From contig RHPI01002955.1 in assembly GCA_009103225.1 (NCBI GenBank), positions 249,238 through 313,237 of the forward strand: 64,000 nucleotides of DNA, read 5' to 3'. The stretch comes from Chlorokybus atmophyticus (Eukaryota > Plantae > Mesostigma and Chlorokybus algae). Positions 57,436-64,000 of the stretch are shown here, in pieces. Made by a program: the position numbers and the translations under genes. The notes beneath the pieces are model-generated. The model made no database searches. It worked only from the letters and a program-made list of their open reading frames with translations, and was not told where the DNA came from. Position 1 is the stretch's first letter; every line of letters starts with the position of its first letter.

Positions 57436-58647
57436 GAACTGAGTTCTGGAGCAGAGGGCTACCCCAGAATCTCAGGGGGGGTGGCTTGTTGACTGTGTGC
57501 ACTACGACACAGTCTGTACACAAAGGTGGCGAGCGGCATCGGCTCGTCCACTGCACTAAACACCGCGTAGGCTCATCTTCAAGCCTATGCCCACGATTGG
57601 GGGGTTGTCTTTTGCTTGCATGACTCCAATGCAGTGCACGGCACTAGCATGCGTGCAGCACTAGCACTCCTCCGCAGCCTGTCCGAGACAAGGTTGCCCT
57701 CGACCATGGCAGGCACGACACCCTCTCATCCCATGTGGGGTTGTGATGTCCATGGCAGCTTTGCACATGTGTGTGAGGTGTGCTTGAGTGTGTGAGTGTG
57801 TGGGAGCTGAGTAGAGAGGTTGGTGTCATCCTCTCCTTCCTCCTTGGTGCGGTGCTGTGGCTTCCTCTGCAAGGTACTGCACCAGTGACGCTGGTAGGGC
57901 TGTGGCTTCCAGTAGTAAGTCCTTGTGCATAAGTTCGCCAAGCCGCCCAGCAAGTAAGTGAGTGGTATCGTTACAACTGTAAAGCAAGCAGCCAATGTTT
58001 GAGAGCAACTTGATATAATGACACCACCATTGAAAAACACACATATCTTGCATGTTGCACCCTATTGTAATATATGTTTATATACTATGAAAGACCTTAC
58101 AACATGCATATTATGCATAATGTGCATTGAACCAAGCCCCAAAACGGTGATACATTCAATGCTGCTCAATCTCGCATGATTATCAAATAAACAAGTGTGC
58201 TCTGCGTGTAGTGAGCAAGGCATCATATCGTCTTCGTCACTCAACATTTGTTAGTAAACCCTTCCAATAGGTACAAACGACCGGTACCACCATCGTAGCA
58301 GCAAGCACGCAAAAAATAGCACGTGCATATGTGTGTGTTTAAGCAGCTCAGCAAAACATTGCAGCAACTAGTAGTGTTCAACTAAGAAACTATCGAGCGT
58401 TGGTGGTAGCCAACGCGAATGACTCTAACTATGTACATCAGAAAGTATGATCTAATAATGTACACCGTATACAATCGCTCACCTTAAGAGCGTGCCTAAA
58501 CATCAACATATGTCACAGCACATGGATTGTACTATGCAAGTCCTGTTCAAAAATTTCAACCTTCACTCTTGAATGAGGTTTTATCACAGCACTCCCTTGT
58601 TGGAAGCTCAAGGGATGCCGTGCCAAATGAATGCTTCCTCATCCTTA

Positions 58648-58842
58648 CTACTCGGCGACGTTTTGTAGCAATACTTGCCGCTGAGCGACGAGAACAATAG
58701 CAGCAGCACCAGGCACAGGGGCGTAAAACACCACATAAGTACCATACGTGCCACCTTACGTGTGTCATAGCCGAGACGCGCGATCTGCACGAGTACGCAC
58801 GCGTGTTGTATGTGAACATATGAGTATTCATGCAGATGTTGT

Positions 58843-58902
<60 letters not shown>

Positions 58903-60799
58903 GATGTCAGTGCACGCACCAAAACGATGCAAGGGAGGGAGATAATGTGCAGGCCAAGCAGGGACGCCGCGACGATGATAGCCTTCTTGGGCTCATGCAA
59001 CTGTCAAACAACAACTTCACTGTCAGGTATACAACACGGCGGATGAGTTGGTGCATGCATTTCTGCGTGTGTGTGTGTGTCTGCACCTGTGCGTTGTATG
59101 CAACCCTCACATGCATGCTGCTTACCGATGACCAGCATCTGAAGAGCCCTCCAGCTGCAGTAAACAGCCCAACCTCCCACACGATAAAGAAGACGCAGAT
59201 CAATGCGAGTACGCCACCAGCTTTAGAACAGCTGCATTGAGGGCATGTTTAGTTCAGAGAGGGTTTGGGTTTGCCCAAAAACTGCAAGACGGGTGTGCCG
59301 TTACACACATACGCACACGCACACGCACACGCACACGCACACGCACACGCACACACACACACACACACCATTCTATGGAAAGAAGATTCATCCAAGGAGA
59401 ATTGTAGTTGTTCACGCCTGCCGTGGTGGCGTTGTTGTTGACATTGAAGTTGATGGCTCTTCCGGCAAACAGCATTACATCGGCCGTGCGGATGTTGGCA
59501 ACTATCTGTCCACATATCTCGCACTTGTGTGTTCTGCGCTTGGCGAGCCAGCGCAGCGCGCACACGTAGTGCGCAACCGCCATGCCGCCACGACAACTGC
59601 ACCTGCGCACGTGCATGTGCATGTGCCACAATGAAAACGTGCTCCTGCGCGTGTAGATATGTGCGCGTATATGTGCCCTCGCAAACGAAGACGAGACACA
59701 TGTGTGCACCTGCGCCTTCGAGTGCACACTCCAATGCTGCGTGTGTGTGCGTACATATGCTGCAAGCAGGACACACAAACAAGCGGAACAGATACAGATA
59801 CAGATATAGATACGGATACGGATACGGATACAGATACACTCACCAGTGGGCATATGCATACACAGACACATACACGCACACAAACTACTTACCTCAGCTG
59901 CGTAGGGCTTGTAGCGCACTCGCCCGCTGGCTTGGCGCAGTGCGGCCCGCACGCCATGAAGTGACGCAGGTCGAGACCCTCCTCCTGTGTGCGTGTGCTC
60001 GTGTGAATGTGCGTGTACACATGACCTTGGCCACAACAACAGCAACAGCAACAACAACAACAACAACAACAACAGCACTTCACGCCACCTGCAGGGACTG
60101 TATTGCTGCGTGCGGCATCAGCGAGGCAGGTTCGCACCCTTCGAGGTCCACATTTAGGCATATGCGGCAAGGCAGGGGATAGGCCTGCACGTTGTATTGT
60201 GTTGTGTTGTCGTATCGTAAAGCTCAACAACGCACGCTCTGATCTATGTACCTTGCAGCTAAACAAGTTGCAATCAGCATGTACCACGTGTATTGAAATT
60301 TGCAACTAGACCTTAGACGGGGCTGCATGTAGCAAGATTGAGTTTGCTTTGCCATTTGGTGTCAACCATGATTGACAGTCGGGTGGTAACAACAGTCCCC
60401 AACTTGAGACGCTTATAACCATAAGACGACACAAAACGGCTGATGCAGCCACATGACAGTGGAGGCATATTTAGCAAGGCATACTATGTGCAATGCCCTG
60501 TCTACCTGCAAATGTTGTGCCTGCGGGCGTATGGACGTCTGTGTGTGAGTGTGTGTGCGATCATGCAGCTGTGCATTTGCAGCCCCCACCGTTTTGTGCT
60601 TGCTCTGCTCAGAGTCTTCCGCCGCCTTGCTGTCCTCCGCCTCCTTGCCGCTGGAACTGGCGGTGGCGGCGGCGGCGGCGGCGCCCTGGCCAGCATAGTT
60701 GTTGGGATTGCTGGCGTCATTGTCGCCGTCGCTGTTGTCGCCTGCAGGCGCTTGGGGGCGGACGGCGCTGCTGAGGGGGTCGTCCTGCGTTGTCAGCAT
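58648..60799 (-). CDS. Host gene: membrane-associated RING-CH (RINGv/MARCH-like) E3 ubiquitin ligase, multi-exon
   Basis: Phase-compatible GT-AG exons 60590-60799, 60089-60184, 59893-59984, 59369-59602, 59126-59231, 58920-59000, 58755-58784, 58648-58680 give CRIC...CSCRGGMAVAHYVCALRW...CEIC followed by two hydrophobic segments. First and last exons are less certain. Confidence 0.8.
58856..60075. repeat. Intronic microsatellites
   Basis: (GA)n 58856-58898, (CACACG)n/(CA)n ~59309-59368, (CAGATA/CGGATA)n ~59787-59836, (CAA)n ~60031-60075. Confidence 0.95.
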
Positions 60800-61639
60800 G
60801 CTTATGTGGTTGTGGTTGTGTTTGTCGTTGTTGTCAACGACAACCACGACAATGCTGTTGCTGCACTCCCCCGCCTGCCCATATCACAGGACGATCATCG
60901 ACGTGGTGGGTGTGCAGCTGTGTCTGAGTCAGCAGCAGCAGGCCGTACGGCCTCCTTATTGGGAGGGCGGTGGAGGAAGGGCTCCTGAGGAAAAGGGTAA
61001 ACATAACGTGACATGTACCCATGTGACACATGACATGTTCTGGGCATGTTCGTGGTCATGTACACACAGGCGGGTTCCCGTTCTGCAACATCGGTACACT
61101 ACGTTCAAACGCGTCACGCACTGCACAGTGCCCAATGCATGACGTAATGGACTGTGGACAGTCTCACCTCCCCCTGTATGTGCACTCTAACTATGCACAC
61201 CCTCTATGTATGCACATATCGCAAGGAACACGTGTACCACCAGCTAAATTTTACTCTATGTAAGCACATGCACGCTCTGTCTAAGCACAACTAAAATGGC
61301 TCATTTATGCATATAAAGAGGGAGAATGCATGGTATTTCAATGATGTACAGGATATATATGGCGTAAGCAATTAGATGATATCAAACTTATATGAATGTA
61401 TCTTTCATATACTGATATCAAATATCAGCAATGTACTCGTTATCAACATTTTCAGCACACACATTGTGCATACGTTGCAATATGTTTTCCCTGCCGGCCG
61501 ACTAAATATTGGCAACGGCCGTGCACCTGAGGATGCTAATTTAGACTGTCGTGGCTCAGGCCACCTATAATCTTGATACAGGGACCTAATAGTAACTTTC
61601 GTTATTGTAAGGCCCTTTTAGTTACAATTTAGTCTTTAA

Positions 61640-61950
61640 CAGTTGACTATGCCTAACTAACAGGCGCCTGTTAGTTACCTATCAGGCCTTAACAGGTGAC
61701 TTTATATAATTAACAGGCACCTGTTAGTCACACACTAGGCCTTAACAAATGACTTTGTGTAATTTACAGGCAACTGTTAGTTACACATTAGGCCTTATTA
61801 GGTGGCTACAACTAATCAACGGGCACCTGTAAGTTACACATCAGTCTTACCTAGATGACTCGGCCTGTGTGACAGGCACCTGCAGGTTACACACCAGTCC
61901 AGCGCAGGCGACTAAGCCTAATTCACAAGCACCAACTAAGTAATTATCGA
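61640..61950. repeat. Imperfect 53-bp tandem array, 6 units, each with a palindromic core
   Basis: TAACAGGCRCCTGTTA-like cores start at 61658, 61711, 61764, 61817, 61870 and 61923. Confidence 0.9.
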
Positions 61951-62291
61951 CAAAATAAGGCATTCTTTAACAACTGAAGGTGACCAATGCCTAACTGTCG
62001 TCATATGTATTTGCATAGCTTGACTACACGCGACTGTCACTGACTTCCAGCATTGTTATGTGCCTGTGCTGTGTACATGTACCTGAAATGTGTACAGTGT
62101 CTCTCAGTCACTTGCCAAGGCTTGTAGTTCGATTATGTGACTCGAATGCAGTTCTGTTGTATATCATAGGGACGCAAGTATTGATGTGCATGAGCATAAT
62201 GACGATTGACTGCTGGTTTAAGATGCACAACACTCAGTCACAAGAGCCTTGTAGCTATGTACACTACCAGCTAAACGTACTACCAACTGCG

Positions 62292-63583
62292 CTACAGCTC
62301 CTCTCCATCATCGCTGGTCTCGTCATTACGGAACAAAGCACCACGCGCTGGGGCCTGTGGAGGAGACGCCGGAGCTTGCTCTTCCTCCTCAAACGGTTGT
62401 GCCAGCCAATCAAATGCCGCTTCTGCCTCAGCGAGTGGGTCACGAGCTGCTGTCTCTTGCGGCCGGCGCCGATTGGGATCTTTCAGGTATTCGACACAAG
62501 ATGCAGTGCGGCGTTTCACAAGGGTGAATGGCTGGAGGGCTGCGTACCGTTGCCTCATCTCCCGCTTCATTGACATGATCATGGTGTTGATTTCGCTGAG
62601 GTACTCTTCATGTGTGTCTATGCTGGCAGCTAGGAGAGGGTCTCCATCCTTGCCCTTTAGGATGCGCTCCACCTGCGTAGTTTACAGGCATGTCTTAGTG
62701 GCATCGAAAGCCACTATGATCTGCAACGCGTCTGCAAGCCTGTAGTTTGGGGCTACAGCGTTCCTGAATCGCTAATGATGGAGTTCAGAGTGCTCACCGT
62801 AAGCAACAGGTATGCGAGGTGGTTGACTGTCAGCTGCCGGCGACCAGGTGTAGTGACGGCGTAAGACCAGCATTGCACGATCATTTGCCAGATTATGGGA
62901 TTGCCCCATTCATGGATGTATCTCCTCCGCTCCGGGTCTGCAGTGTCGGTCACCTCAAATCTCCGCCATGACTTGTCTGCGACAGTCATATCGACAAGGC
63001 ATTAGTCACGAAATAGATAGTTCAAGTTGAGCCTGCACCAGGCTAGAATAGTGCCTGTGACTTACTTTGGAGCGCGTTGCGCATCTGGGCTTTTTGGGTC
63101 TCGGGGTCCATTAGGGCGTCGATGTGCCTGATTGAATCGGTTACAATAGGCGAGATGAGTACGTGTGTATGGAGGCTGAGTAAGAAGGCAGTGTTGCATA
63201 GCAGACATGGTGGTGAGGGACCCAACTCACTTGCGCTTGTTGCTGTTAAACAGTGTCCACTTGTACTCCTTCTCAAGGACATGCTTGATCTTGGTGACGT
63301 TCTCAGACCGGACCTGCGTAGCTTTCTTCAGGGCGACACTCCAGTGGAAGGGGCACTCCTTGGGAGTCCAGTACACCTCATAGAACTTGGCCGCATCGGC
63401 CTCGTCGTCATGGTCGAAGCCAACTACCTGTCACGGGCAGGTTGGTCAGTGTCACGGTGCAGTGCGGTCATGAAGCATTCACAGCACCTGACACATGACG
63501 TTACGAATAGTGTCCTCCTTGGGATAAACGTGGCTCTCTACCCAGTGGCCGTTTATGATTTCAACGACGGCATCTCGCAAATG
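62292..63583 (-). CDS. Spliced gene of unknown function with short introns (partial model; may extend beyond the window)
   Basis: Phase-compatible exons 63488-63583, 63231-63427, 63066-63175, 62798-62976 with 55-89 nt GT-AG introns; acidic terminal ORF 62292-62672. The join to the last exon is unresolved. Confidence 0.6.
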
Positions 63584-64000
63584 CTGTCCACAGAAGAACA
63601 ATCCGTTACACACAGTGTCACAGTGTCACAGTGTCACACAGTGCTTACCTCGTTGCCAATCTTCCACTTGCTTGGGGAAGGGTTGCTGACGGCCGAGGTT
63701 GCCACGTCACGGCCAAATGCGTTTGGGTTGGGGGTTCCAATCGACCCTCTGCAAGCACAACCACATGAGTCATGCTGCCAGCCATGAAAGATGCAACCCT
63801 CACAGTTGCAAAAGAAGAACAACGTGCACAGTGTATCCAGAACGCATGCAGTGAGTCACTGTGCTAGTCATGATAGAAGCAAGCATCCAAGTTAGAAGTT
63901 GAGCAAGAAGCGACGTGTGTTGAGAGTCATTCCTACATACGATCAGCATCGACCCTCCACACAGGAGTAGAAGGTCGTAAGGACGAGCACTAGGTCCGGA

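Larger units (their letters stand above)
49275..57720 (+). mobile_element. Ty3/Gypsy retrotransposon encoding a C5-cytosine DNA methyltransferase and a PHD finger; 5' end missing, right boundary approximate
   Basis: Order gag (2x CCHC), unknown domain, PR, DNMT, RT, RH, IN, PHD; G-rich PPT 57474-57483; probable LTR from TGTTGAC 57487. Confidence 0.92.

Noticed and set aside
57487-57720. Exact 3' LTR boundaries and TSD of the DNMT-Gypsy element
   Set aside because: No 5' LTR in the window to compare; the start after the PPT is plausible but the end at ...CGACA 57720 is a guess.
59249-60305. Long ORFs with poly-Leu, poly-Cys or (YP)n/(RV)n tracts
   Set aside because: Translations of intronic microsatellites; only the exon portions belong to the RING-CH gene.

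Overview
Eukaryotic, transposon-saturated window with no prokaryotic features. The element repertoire and CA-rich GT-AG introns suggest a green alga, but the organism cannot be determined from sequence alone. Bases 1 to ~57700 are a nested retroelement cluster: a young Ty3/Gypsy chromovirus with an in-frame integrase deletion, an old degenerate chromovirus, a PAT/TOC-type DIRS tyrosine-recombinase element with split direct repeats, three Ty1/Copia LTR families (one full-length copy, several gag-only copies, solo LTRs), an L1-like LINE fragment and three families of miniature LTR elements (TRIMs). Two observations stand out. (1) A Ty3/Gypsy element at ~49280-57700 has a DNMT3-like C5-cytosine methyltransferase fused in frame between protease and reverse transcriptase, plus a PHD finger at the integrase C-terminus. 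(2) Three TRIM families with dissimilar LTRs share a tRNA-type Pol III promoter split across the LTR boundary: T4 hairpin and A-box inside the LTR, B-box just after the PBS. The last ~6 kb hold a spliced host RING-CH (MARCH-like) E3 ligase gene, a 53-bp repeat array and an unidentified spliced gene. All alignments and coordinates were read by eye; no searches were run.
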